Origin: an uncultured virus (IMG/VR IMGVR_UViG_3300036945_000802)
Lineage: Duplodnaviria; Heunggongvirae; Uroviricota; Caudoviricetes
DNA length: 64,000 nucleotides
Direction: 5' to 3' (one strand)
Virus record (IMG/VR): IMGVR_UViG_3300036945_000802
Part shown: piece after piece, positions 47,134 through 56,623 of the stretch
How positions within the stretch are numbered: the stretch's first letter is position 1
Layout: every line of letters starts with the position of its first letter
Position numbers and translations under genes: made by a program
Notes under the pieces: generated by a model
Told to the model about the DNA's origin: nothing
Seen by the model: the letters and a program-made list of their open reading frames with translations, nothing else
Databases searched by the model: none

Positions 47134-48659
47134 TTAAGAAAATAAAAAACATTGTTATTTTTGGTGGTGGTACAAGCGGTTGGTTAACTGCTGCTTATAT
47201 CACTAATCAATTAAACTTTCCATGTAATATTACATTGATCGAAAGTAAAACGATTGGACCTATTGGTGTTGGTGAAGGTACTCAACCATTTACATCTAGA
47301 TTTTTATTCAAAGCTGGTTTAACTCCAGCACAATGGATGAAACCTTCACAAGCTGCATTTAAATACGGTGTGTTATTAGATGGTTGGAATAAAGAACCAT
47401 ATTTTGTGGACAATGATTTCATTGAGAATCATATCATAGGTCCTAAATTATATGCACACGACTATTTTATTAATAAACCAAATAAAGAATTTGTAGAATG
47501 GTTACCTGCTTATAGATTGGCAATGGCTAATAAAAGCCCTAAGCTTGATGGATACGATCATTGCCTATCTCAACGATCGTATGAAGATTGGGGTGCTGTA
47601 CATTTTTCTGCATTTGATATTTTAGATACTATCCATGATTTAATTAAAGATAGAATTACATATTTTGATACTAAAATTATTGATATTAAAAGTAATGACG
47701 ATGGTATTGAATATTTGCTAGATGAACAAGGTAGAAAACATACTGCTGATTTATTCATTGACTGCACTGGATTTGAAGCTAAATTAATTAATAAAGAATT
47801 GAATGTTCCATTTGTGGATATCTCTGGTATTCTTCCATGTGATAGTGCTGTTGCAATGCCTACGCAGTTTAAAGATCCAAAAAACGAATGCCATCCATAT
47901 ACAAAAGCCACAACAATGACTGCTGGTTGGAGATGGACGATTCCAACATTTAAACAAATTGGCAATGGATATGTTTATTCTTCAAAACATATTACACCTG
48001 AACAAGCTGAAAAAGAATTAAGAGATAGTATTGGCGAGTATGATGTAAAAGCTCGACATGTAAAAATGAGATGTGGTGCATCTGAAAAGGTTGCACATAA
48101 GAATGTTATTGCTGTGGGATTATCTGCTGGATTTGTAGAACCATTAGAAGCAACTGGTATTACATTCACAACTAAAATTGTTGAAGCTTTGTGTGCTGGT
48201 TTAAATTTCCATAATGGTGTTTGGAATGATAATTTGCAAGTAGCATTCAATGCTGCTTATATCAATATGGTAACTGAAATCATTTCATTTGTATGGGCGC
48301 ATTATCACTATAGTGATAGAGATGATACACCGTTTTGGCAAGAAATTAGAAATCAAAAGTTAGAAGACGCACCCGAATATATCCAAGAAATTTTTAGCCA
48401 GTTCTATCCTAAGTTACATAGAAATTTTTATTTGGATGATAAGACGTCTGGTTTCCATACCGGTCATTGGTTTAGTATGTTACATGCAAATGATGCGTAC
48501 AAAGATAAAGAAAAATATCAGTTAAGCCAAGAACAATTAAAATACGCTGAGTACTATATTAAGACTAAAAAAGCTGAGATAGATAATGCTATAGAGTATT
48601 TCCCAAATCATTATGAATTTTTGAAGGATTGGTATGCGCGAACCGGTGACACTATTTAG
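47130..48659 (+). CDS. flavin-dependent halogenase (tryptophan halogenase family)
   Basis: GGGTSG, IGVGEGT, AAFKYG (catalytic Lys position), FIDCTG, WRWTIP, GLSAGFVEPLEATG. Confidence 0.92.
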   Translation: MIKKIKNIVIFGGGTSGWLTAAYITNQLNFPCNITLIESKTIGPIGVGEGTQPFTSRFLFKAGLTPAQWMKPSQAAFKYGVLLDGWNKEPYFVDNDFIENHIIGPKLYAHDYFINKPNKEFVEWLPAYRLAMANKSPKLDGYDHCLSQRSYEDWGAVHFSAFDILDTIHDLIKDRITYFDTKIIDIKSNDDGIEYLLDEQGRKHTADLFIDCTGFEAKLINKELNVPFVDISGILPCDSAVAMPTQFKDPKNECHPYTKATTMTAGWRWTIPTFKQIGNGYVYSSKHITPEQAEKELRDSIGEYDVKARHVKMRCGASEKVAHKNVIAVGLSAGFVEPLEATGITFTTKIVEALCAGLNFHNGVWNDNLQVAFNAAYINMVTEIISFVWAHYHYSDRDDTPFWQEIRNQKLEDAPEYIQEIFSQFYPKLHRNFYLDDKTSGFHTGHWFSMLHANDAYKDKEKYQLSQEQLKYAEYYIKTKKAEIDNAIEYFPNHYEFLKDWYARTGDTI

Positions 48660-49242
48660 AGCAGATTTATTTAGTTATTCAAACGTAGGAACGCCTGAAC
48701 AGAGGCAAGAATTGATTGATCGTTTATTGGCACTAAAAGCATCAGGTGCTAAAGACATTAATGAGTTGACTAATAACGAAGGATGCTGGAGATATTCATA
48801 TCCAATAAAAGATTGTGACTGGTTAAATCATGCTCTTTCAGTTATTATGAATGATGCATTCACATATTATGGTAATCAACCTGGAAGTAGAATTAGAATA
48901 CCTAGTGAAGAAAATAAAGTTTCTATAGGTAGTTGGTGTAATATTAATGAGAAATATTCTCGTAATGTATATCACTCACACAAAGGTTCTATTTTTTCAT
49001 GCGTATATTATCTTCAAGCAACTGATACTGGTAAACTAGTATTATCTAATCCTGCAAACATATTAAATGATTGCAGCGACTTTTCTCCATATACACGAGA
49101 CTTTTTCTTTTTACCAAAAGATGGTGATTTAGTACTTTGGCCTTCATGGATTCCGCATGAAGTAGAACCTAATATGTCTGATCGTCAGCGTATTAATATA
49201 GTATTTGATATTGATGTTCCATTTGTTTATGAACCAAAGTGA
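48634..49242 (+). CDS. putative 2OG-Fe(II) oxygenase (TIGR02466-like)
   Basis: SWCNIN, HSH, SCVYY, GDLVLWPSW.PHEV.PN, RINIVF. Confidence 0.8.
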   Translation: MREPVTLFRADLFSYSNVGTPEQRQELIDRLLALKASGAKDINELTNNEGCWRYSYPIKDCDWLNHALSVIMNDAFTYYGNQPGSRIRIPSEENKVSIGSWCNINEKYSRNVYHSHKGSIFSCVYYLQATDTGKLVLSNPANILNDCSDFSPYTRDFFFLPKDGDLVLWPSWIPHEVEPNMSDRQRINIVFDIDVPFVYEPK

Positions 49243-49720
49243 AGTATTATTTCCAGTACAAATATTTACAGGTAAAGTAGCATTAGACGAAAAGCTTGTA
49301 CAAGAATATCTAAAATGGTTAGAGATTCAAAAACTATTAGAAGAAGATATTAGTAGCGTAAGCACTACTATGAATGGTTGGCAATATGCGTTTAAGCATA
49401 GCGACGTTCAACCTGAATGGCACAAATCTATTATATCACAAATCGATGTTGATTTCCATTTAAAAGATAAAAGTAGTTGGATTGTTGACTACGATATTGG
49501 TGGATATCAAGATCCGCATATTCATAGAAGTAGTCATGGCACTATGATAATCAATTTAGTTGGTAGCGGCGATTTATTATTATATGATACTAGGCCAACT
49601 GGTGGATTTGAAGTTAAGACTTTGAATCCTGGAGATTGGATATATATTCCAGGTTGGTTGATGCACTCTAGTCGACCATGCAAAGAAAAGCGAAGTATAT
49701 TAGTGATTGATTATAGATGA
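49229..49720 (+). CDS. putative 2OG-Fe(II) oxygenase / DSBH protein
   Basis: SWIV.Y..GGYQDPHIH, PGDWIYIPGWLMH, R.IL; start at ATG 49229. Confidence 0.7.
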   Translation: MNQSEVLFPVQIFTGKVALDEKLVQEYLKWLEIQKLLEEDISSVSTTMNGWQYAFKHSDVQPEWHKSIISQIDVDFHLKDKSSWIVDYDIGGYQDPHIHRSSHGTMIINLVGSGDLLLYDTRPTGGFEVKTLNPGDWIYIPGWLMHSSRPCKEKRSILVIDYR

Positions 49721-50493
49721 TGAAGATTGAATTTTTTTCTAGCATTGACGGCGTTGCAGATTCTACTCCTATATTGGAAGCTAAAGAATACCAACAGCCT
49801 TGGTTTAATGAATCTAAAAAAGATTATATTAAACAACTGGACTTTGCAAATGGTGGTACATTTGCTCATGTCTATAGATGTCCTGGAATATTTGATCTTT
49901 ATAAGACAGGATTTTTCATAACTGCATGGTGTGATATTAAGATTGAAACTAATGGAGATCCAAATTATTATAAATGGACTTTACCTAATGTCAATTTAAT
50001 TGAGTTGATGGATGAATCAGAGAAAAGTCCTATTGTTGAAGAGCATTCATTTGATGGTGTTGCTAAACATTTGCCAATACCACCAAATACATTAAGATCA
50101 ATCATTAAGATTAATACTCCTTGGCATATTATGGCACCTAAAGGTGTTAAGTTCATGATGCTGCCCGTGCCATATTCAAATGATTTTACATTCACTCAGT
50201 CTATTGGCATCTTAGATCCTTCAGTGTCTTCTTCTATTAATTGCCAGTTATATTGGCATAAGCTTAATGGTGAACATACTATCAAAGCTGGTACACCGCT
50301 AGCTTATATTGTCCCAATCACTGAAAAGAAATACGCATTTGAATGTAGAGATAAAAATAAAAAAGATGAAAGCTGGTTAAAGAAAAGAGAATTTCTTAAA
50401 AACTTTACTTTCACATTTAAACGTACTGCTATGAAATCCGCGTATGACAAACATAATGAATCGAAGTGCCCATTTACAAGGATATTTAAATGA
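49717..50493 (+). CDS. hypothetical beta-barrel protein of a type often found beside phage oxygenases
   Basis: RCPGIFD...G, KINTPW..PKG, GILD, IKAGTPLAY.VP, C-terminal KCPF. Confidence 0.55.
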   Translation: MMKIEFFSSIDGVADSTPILEAKEYQQPWFNESKKDYIKQLDFANGGTFAHVYRCPGIFDLYKTGFFITAWCDIKIETNGDPNYYKWTLPNVNLIELMDESEKSPIVEEHSFDGVAKHLPIPPNTLRSIIKINTPWHIMAPKGVKFMMLPVPYSNDFTFTQSIGILDPSVSSSINCQLYWHKLNGEHTIKAGTPLAYIVPITEKKYAFECRDKNKKDESWLKKREFLKNFTFTFKRTAMKSAYDKHNESKCPFTRIFK

Positions 50494-50840
50494 CAATGTA
50501 CCAAACAATTATTGCCTGTATAATTACAGGCATTTTAGTTTTTGTAGTCTATAGACATGTTGGTTTAGAGGCTATAAAAAACTGCTATGGGATGTGGTTC
50601 ACACGAGAGTATTGGACCAATTATAACATAGTAGAAGCCCTATCATGGGGCACAAAAGCAATCATCATTGTCCCAGGTTTAATATTTGGAATTCAAATTT
50701 GGTGGTTATATTTCTTAACGCTTGCTACAAGTCTTACTTTGATTTGGGCAAGTAATAAAAAGTTATTGCCAACACTTGTGGCTTTCAATACTCTTTGGAC
50801 CTGGATTAGCGTGATGGTTTTAGTTAAATCGTTAGTTTAG
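50490..50840 (+). CDS. small integral membrane protein
   Basis: About 4 hydrophobic segments in 116 aa. Confidence 0.65.
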   Translation: MTMYQTIIACIITGILVFVVYRHVGLEAIKNCYGMWFTREYWTNYNIVEALSWGTKAIIIVPGLIFGIQIWWLYFLTLATSLTLIWASNKKLLPTLVAFNTLWTWISVMVLVKSLV

Positions 50841-50849
50841 AGGTAAATT

Positions 50850-51887
50850 ATGGACTTTGTTCTAAATGTTCTGTTAAAGAACATCAATTATCTTTGGATG
50901 GTATTCTTCATTATGATCTCTGCGGGATTAGCAAAACAGTATCAACTTTTTGCCCCTGCTTATGCCTATGTTAAGAATACATTCAGAAGTAATAAATTTG
51001 TAGTTGTACTACTTAGTGCTATTGGTGGCGTACTCCCAATTGAGGGAAGAGTTACTGTTAGTGCGGGTCTTCTAGATACTGTGGCTCCTAAAAGCGGTCC
51101 TGGTAGAGAAAAGATGGGTATTGTAGACTACTTAGCAACACACCACTATTACATGTGGTCTCCGCTTGAAAAGACAGTTATCCTTCCAATCGCAGCATTT
51201 GGTTTATCATATGCGGCCTGGATTGGGATGGTTTGGCCTTTGATAGCAATTAGTTTAATCTTCATCTATTGGTATATTTGGCAGAAAGTTAAAGATGATG
51301 AGATTGCTATTACACCTGGCAATTTTAAGATGTCTGCTGTTGCACGAGGTGTAGTTCCTATGTTTGCAGCTATTGCTGCATATATTGCTGGTGTAAACTT
51401 CATAGCGTGTTTTGGATTCTTAACGCTGTATTATATGTTTATTACCCAACAATGGAACATCAGGAAGTTACTAGAGTATGTTAATTGGAATGTGTTGATT
51501 ATTGTAGGTATCGCAATTATTGCTGGTAATTACTTTAAATCTGAGAGTGCACTATTTGAAGCTATGATTAAAGGTAGTATGGTAGATCCTACTACGTTTA
51601 TTGGCATTGCTATACTTAGTGCACTTAGTTTTGCATTTTCATTCTTAATGGGATCTAGCGGAAAGTATGTGGCTTTGGCAGTATTAACAGCACAAGCATT
51701 TGGACCTCAATATTTCTTATGGTTTTTTGCAGTTGATTATGCTGCGTATTTGTTATCTCCTACACATAAATGTGTTATGGTTGGCAACACATATTTTGGT
51801 ACTCCATTAAAGACTTACTATACCGCATTAGGTGCATGGTCAGTATTATTGGTTGCAGTAGCTGGTATTTTTACATTTTTAATTTAA
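50850..51887 (+). CDS. multi-pass membrane permease (ion-transporter-superfamily-like)
   Basis: About 10 TM segments; GGVLPIEGR, WSPL, LMGSSG, LSPTHKC. Confidence 0.7.
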   Translation: MDFVLNVLLKNINYLWMVFFIMISAGLAKQYQLFAPAYAYVKNTFRSNKFVVVLLSAIGGVLPIEGRVTVSAGLLDTVAPKSGPGREKMGIVDYLATHHYYMWSPLEKTVILPIAAFGLSYAAWIGMVWPLIAISLIFIYWYIWQKVKDDEIAITPGNFKMSAVARGVVPMFAAIAAYIAGVNFIACFGFLTLYYMFITQQWNIRKLLEYVNWNVLIIVGIAIIAGNYFKSESALFEAMIKGSMVDPTTFIGIAILSALSFAFSFLMGSSGKYVALAVLTAQAFGPQYFLWFFAVDYAAYLLSPTHKCVMVGNTYFGTPLKTYYTALGAWSVLLVAVAGIFTFLI

Positions 51888-51899
51888 AATTAAAGCATG

Positions 51900-51929
51900 A
51901 AAATGGGGGCCTTGGGTCCCCATTTTTTT
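51900..51929 (+). terminator. rho-independent terminator closing the second enzyme cassette
   Basis: AAAATGGGGGCC-TTG-GGTCCCCATTTTTTT. Confidence 0.8.
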
Positions 51930-51936
51930 ATAAATA
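51929..51936 (+). promoter_or_regulatory. T4-type late promoter
   Basis: Exact TATAAATA directly after the terminator, upstream of dps. Confidence 0.75.
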
Positions 51937-51958
51937 GATTATATTAAGGAGCTTAACA

Positions 51959-52396
51959 ATGAATAAACTTGTCGAACAGTTACGCAAAATTTTAGCGTCT
52001 AACTTCGCGCTATATCTTAAAACCCACATGTTTCATTGGAACGTAGAGGGTGCAAATTTCCCAGAATATCACGAGTTTTTCTCAGATGTTTATGAAGATC
52101 TATTTGACCAATCAGACGTATTAGCAGAATACCTTCGTCAACTTGGAGAAAAAGCTCCAGGTTCACTTTCTGTTTATGCAGAACAAAGCGTAATTAAAGA
52201 TGAAGAAGGATTTCCTTCTGTCATGGATATGTTTGAAAAACTACAAGCTGATACGGCTACAATGATTACATTATATCAAAGCTTATATGATTTTGCTGAA
52301 GAAGCTCGTGAACATCAAATTTCAAATTATGCAGCAGAACGTTTAGGTGCTCATAAGAAAACGGCATGGATGGTTCGTTCTATCCTAAAAAAATAA
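51959..52396 (+). CDS. dps: Dps / ferritin-like DNA-protection protein
   Basis: KTHMFHWNVEG.NF.EYHEFF..YE...D.LAE ferroxidase motifs; H.K.AWMVRS. Confidence 0.92.
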   Translation: MNKLVEQLRKILASNFALYLKTHMFHWNVEGANFPEYHEFFSDVYEDLFDQSDVLAEYLRQLGEKAPGSLSVYAEQSVIKDEEGFPSVMDMFEKLQADTATMITLYQSLYDFAEEAREHQISNYAAERLGAHKKTAWMVRSILKK

Positions 52397-52406
52397 GAGA
52401 TAATAT

Positions 52407-53144
52407 ATGGCAACCCCAACAAGCAGAGCAGAACTAAAAGAATATTGCTTGAGAGCACTGGGTCAGCCTGTGCTTGAAGTTAACATCGATGACGATCAAG
52501 TTGAAGATCGTATTGATGAAGCACTTCAAAAATATTATGATTACCATTCAGATGCACAGAAACGTGTTTATATTCCGCATCAAGTAACAGATATTGATAT
52601 TGCAAATTCATATTTGACTTTATCAGATGATGTTATTTCAGTTCAGCGTATTTTACCATTAACTTCAGCTATGTCTGGTATGAACATGTTTAACATGAAA
52701 TATCAGATGTACTTGAATGACTTCTACGCTTTATACCGTGCAGACTCTATGCAATATTTCGTAGAGATGCAACAATATCTTTCTACACTAGATTCATTAC
52801 TAAACGGTGTACAAACAGTACAATATCAAAGACATGGTAATAGACTTTACATTGAAACTAAATGGAGTGAAAAAATCCAACCAGGTCAATATATTATGGT
52901 TGAAGCTTATGCGCGTGTTGTTAGTGATGAAGTATGGAATGATTTTTGGCTTAAGAGATATACAACTTCATTGATTCAATTCCAATGGGGTACAAACTTA
53001 GCTAAGTTCGATGGTATGCAATTACCAGGTGGAGTTACAATTAATGCTCGTCAATATATTGATGACGCTGAAAACGATATTCGTCTTTTAGAAGAAGAAC
53101 TTCGTAATACACATGAATTGCCAGTCGACTTCTTCTGTGGATAA
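52407..53144 (+). CDS. gp13: neck protein (T4 gp13)
   Basis: LKEYCLRALG.PV.EVN.DDDQ..DRIDEA, QWG.NL.KF.G.QLPGGVT.N. Confidence 0.92.
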   Translation: MATPTSRAELKEYCLRALGQPVLEVNIDDDQVEDRIDEALQKYYDYHSDAQKRVYIPHQVTDIDIANSYLTLSDDVISVQRILPLTSAMSGMNMFNMKYQMYLNDFYALYRADSMQYFVEMQQYLSTLDSLLNGVQTVQYQRHGNRLYIETKWSEKIQPGQYIMVEAYARVVSDEVWNDFWLKRYTTSLIQFQWGTNLAKFDGMQLPGGVTINARQYIDDAENDIRLLEEELRNTHELPVDFFCG

Positions 53145-53153
53145 GAGTAACTA

Positions 53154-54191
53154 ATGCCAACCAATGTCTTCTTTAATCCTGGTGTTCTATCAGAACAACG
53201 TCTATATGAGGATATGATTGAAGAGTCTTTACGTATTTACGGACAAGACATCTATTATATTCCTAGAACACTTAAGAACTTAGATCAAGTACTTAATGAT
53301 GCTGTAGCATCTGAATTTAACCAAGCGTATTTCATTGAGATGTATATTGATGAAGGTGGATATACTGGTGAAGGTACCATTATGTCTAAGTTTGGTTTAG
53401 AGATTCGAGATCAGGCAAACTTTGTTGTATCACGTCGCCGTTGGGAAAACTTTATCGGCCGAGAAAATACTACTATGGTTGGTGGTCGTCCAAACGAAGG
53501 CGACTTATTATACATCCCGCTTTCTGGTACATTCATGGAAATCAAGTTCGTTGAACACGAAGCTGCTTTCTACCAGTTAGCTAACATTTTCGTTTATGAA
53601 TTACATTGCGAAACTTGGGAATACTCTGGTGAGAAGTTCAATACTGGTTATGAAATCATTGATGGTATTGAAGATGTATATGCACCCGCTCAACGCCTAA
53701 CTCTTGGTTCTAACAACGGTATTAACTTCCATCCGAATGAAGAAGTTCAACAATTTGCTGGTTATGATCTTAATAATAATCCAATCTTTGTTTACGGTGA
53801 TTTAGCTGGTGTTGAATTTACTGGTGGTCTTGCTTCTGTAATTAGAGTAAATCAAATTCGTTCTAGCGATAATAAACCTAGAAACTTCCAAGAATCTGGA
53901 ATTGGTGATGCCGCAGTAGAACGACGTATAATTGGTATGACTTCTGGAGCTTCATACATAATTGAAGTAGCGGGTGATGCAAAAGAATTACCTAATGATC
54001 CTAATGCACAAAATATTGACTTCGAAGAATTCGGTGATACTATTCTCGACTTCTCTGAGTCTAACCCATTCGGTGAACCGGGTGGAGATTATCAACAACA
54101 AACATTAACTGCTTACGAACCTCAAGTAATCAGATTAGACAATAACATCCTACGCTTTGATGAAAACACTGCGACATGGGATTCAGTATAA
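53154..54191 (+). CDS. gp14: neck protein (T4 gp14)
   Basis: EQ.LYED...E...YG.D.YY.PR, SKFGLEIRD, RPNEGDL.Y.P, DFSESNPFG. Confidence 0.92.
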   Translation: MPTNVFFNPGVLSEQRLYEDMIEESLRIYGQDIYYIPRTLKNLDQVLNDAVASEFNQAYFIEMYIDEGGYTGEGTIMSKFGLEIRDQANFVVSRRRWENFIGRENTTMVGGRPNEGDLLYIPLSGTFMEIKFVEHEAAFYQLANIFVYELHCETWEYSGEKFNTGYEIIDGIEDVYAPAQRLTLGSNNGINFHPNEEVQQFAGYDLNNNPIFVYGDLAGVEFTGGLASVIRVNQIRSSDNKPRNFQESGIGDAAVERRIIGMTSGASYIIEVAGDAKELPNDPNAQNIDFEEFGDTILDFSESNPFGEPGGDYQQQTLTAYEPQVIRLDNNILRFDENTATWDSV

Positions 54192-54206
54192 TAAACAGGA
54201 ACTAAG

Positions 54207-56618
54207 ATGGCAAAGCAAATACTAAATACTGGTACATCAAATAACGATAAGAGCGGTGATACACTTAGAGCTGGTGGTCTTAAGATCAAAGCCAACTTTA
54301 ATGAAATTTATGCTGCGTTAGCAAATGATGGTTCAAACATTTCTGGCGGTGATTTATTAAAGACCGGTAGCTATACAGATTTGCGCAATTTACCTGACTT
54401 TAAAACAATTTCTATAACTGGAAGTTTTGATGATTTAGTTGATGTGCCTGAACTTAGCACATATGTTTCTCCTCCACCAACTCTTTTTGGTATTGATGGA
54501 GATTTGCGCGGTCAAATTGCAGCTGATGATGAATATGTTTATTTGTGTACAAATGATTGGGTACAAGGAACAGTATATTCTCCATTGACATTTATACATG
54601 AAGAAAACGCAGTTGAATTTGTTTTACAGGCTGCAACAAGTGATGTGGCTTCTACTATTATTTTAAAACCTGGAGCAATGTCTCCTGAGATTGACTGGAC
54701 TATTACAAACGGAGTAGATACTAGAACAATTACATTAGTAACTGAAATTGGTGATGGAGAAGATGGTATTTGGTATGAGTGTACATTAGATGGTGAATTT
54801 ACTAGTGTAGCAGATGAATCTTATACTATTTCATACACACCTCCAATGGGTGATTATGTAGCGTGCTTCACATGGAATGGTGCATTCCAACCTATTATTG
54901 ATGCACATAATTTAGATACATTATCTGCGAAATTATTTAAGAGCGGGGATAGTGTTGGTCGTGCGATTACTCATGCTCATCGTAACTCTGATTCAAATAA
55001 ATTAACTATTGTATATAGCGGTGACCAGTTCACAAGTTTTACTGGTATGTCAATTGTTAATGATCAACCAGTTATTTGGAAGCGTGTACCGTTAACTGGT
55101 TCTGTTGCAAGTTCAATTGTAAATGGTAATATTGCGGTAACTTTAAATTCTGGCGGTACACTAGTATTCCCTTCAAACTACACAGATGAAGCAATTAATA
55201 ACGATATTATTACACGCAATAATAGCGATTTAAATATCAGAACAACTCGAGATAGTTATGGTGTTGATGCTGATATTGGAATTTATGCAGCAGATGATTT
55301 GTGGTTAACTGCAGAAGGCGATCAAGTTGAAATCACCGCAGCAAATGACATCGCGTTGTATACATCAAACAATGAAATGGCGACTAATAATTGGTATGTA
55401 GAAGGTGAAGCATTTGTTTGGTCAGGTAATACACTAACTATTCCATTCGTCGAAGATGCACAATTTCTTAGTCAAATAACTCCTTATCTTTCTTCTACTT
55501 ACGCTATTTGGTTTGAAGTGTATGACAATGGCTCATATAGATGGGTTCAAAGTAACACTGTAACACCAATCACTGAAGAAGCTGGAATCTATACTATTCA
55601 GATTGATACAAATAATGCTGCTGCTAATTTATTTATTAGCAGTGTCAAACTTGTTGATCCTACATATAATGGATCCAAACAATGGATGTTTAATAGAAAT
55701 GGTTCAATAAGTTTTCCTGAATTAACAGTTGATCTTCACAATGGTGGACAACAAACTGGTTCAGTATTACAATTTGGTAATACTAATGATTTACAGGCAA
55801 TTATTACTGGTCCAACTCCTACACAAAACCAAAACGCACAGCGTTTAATTATTCAAGGTCAACGTGCTACAGGTTCAGGTGAAGGCGGCGATGTATATTT
55901 CTGGGCTGGTGATTCAGATGTTAATGGCGGTGATATTAAGATTTATGCTGGTGATGCAGATAGTACAACTGAGGGATATGGTGGTTATGTAAACATAGAA
56001 GGTGGCCGAGGATTTAATAGCGGTGGTAATGTTAGTATCACTGGTGGTGATTCTTCAGATGGTGCAGGTGGTAATGTTAATATCAGAGGCGGTTTCGGTG
56101 CTACTAACGGTGAAGTTAGTATACAATCAGGTAGTCATTATTGGAGTTTCAATGATGATGGCAATTTAGCATTACCATATGGTGGTACAATTAAAGACGC
56201 AGACGGTAATGACTTATTACGTCGTATAGTTTCAGTACCTACACATAGCACAGGAGCTAGTGGAGATTTAGAAGGCGACTTTGTGTTTAGTAACGGATAC
56301 ATTTATTATTGTGCAGCAAATTATGTAGGAGATTCTATTTCTGCTACTACACTAGCATCATCAGGTACAGTTGCTTGGATTGATTCTACAGATTATATAG
56401 GAGATTTAGTTGCAGACTTTAATGCAAATCCTTCGGGATGGACATATAATGGTGTAAGTATCGTCAGTGTTACAGCTGATGATTCTTTTGGTCCTGGATA
56501 TGCTTTAGAAGGAACTACTCCATTTGGCATAAATAATGGAGAAAATTACTCTTTAGTTTCTGGAGCTAGTCTTCCAGACATTTGGAAACGTGTTGCTTGG
56601 TCTAATGATACTTGGTAA
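54207..56618 (+). CDS. fibre/appendage protein with gp9/gp10-like N-terminal attachment motif
   Basis: MAKQILNTG...ND.SGDTLR....KI..NFNEIY; GG.V.I.GG repeats; C-terminal WKRVAW. Confidence 0.7.
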   Translation: MAKQILNTGTSNNDKSGDTLRAGGLKIKANFNEIYAALANDGSNISGGDLLKTGSYTDLRNLPDFKTISITGSFDDLVDVPELSTYVSPPPTLFGIDGDLRGQIAADDEYVYLCTNDWVQGTVYSPLTFIHEENAVEFVLQAATSDVASTIILKPGAMSPEIDWTITNGVDTRTITLVTEIGDGEDGIWYECTLDGEFTSVADESYTISYTPPMGDYVACFTWNGAFQPIIDAHNLDTLSAKLFKSGDSVGRAITHAHRNSDSNKLTIVYSGDQFTSFTGMSIVNDQPVIWKRVPLTGSVASSIVNGNIAVTLNSGGTLVFPSNYTDEAINNDIITRNNSDLNIRTTRDSYGVDADIGIYAADDLWLTAEGDQVEITAANDIALYTSNNEMATNNWYVEGEAFVWSGNTLTIPFVEDAQFLSQITPYLSSTYAIWFEVYDNGSYRWVQSNTVTPITEEAGIYTIQIDTNNAAANLFISSVKLVDPTYNGSKQWMFNRNGSISFPELTVDLHNGGQQTGSVLQFGNTNDLQAIITGPTPTQNQNAQRLIIQGQRATGSGEGGDVYFWAGDSDVNGGDIKIYAGDADSTTEGYGGYVNIEGGRGFNSGGNVSITGGDSSDGAGGNVNIRGGFGATNGEVSIQSGSHYWSFNDDGNLALPYGGTIKDADGNDLLRRIVSVPTHSTGASGDLEGDFVFSNGYIYYCAANYVGDSISATTLASSGTVAWIDSTDYIGDLVADFNANPSGWTYNGVSIVSVTADDSFGPGYALEGTTPFGINNGENYSLVSGASLPDIWKRVAWSNDTW

Positions 56619-56623
56619 AATAA

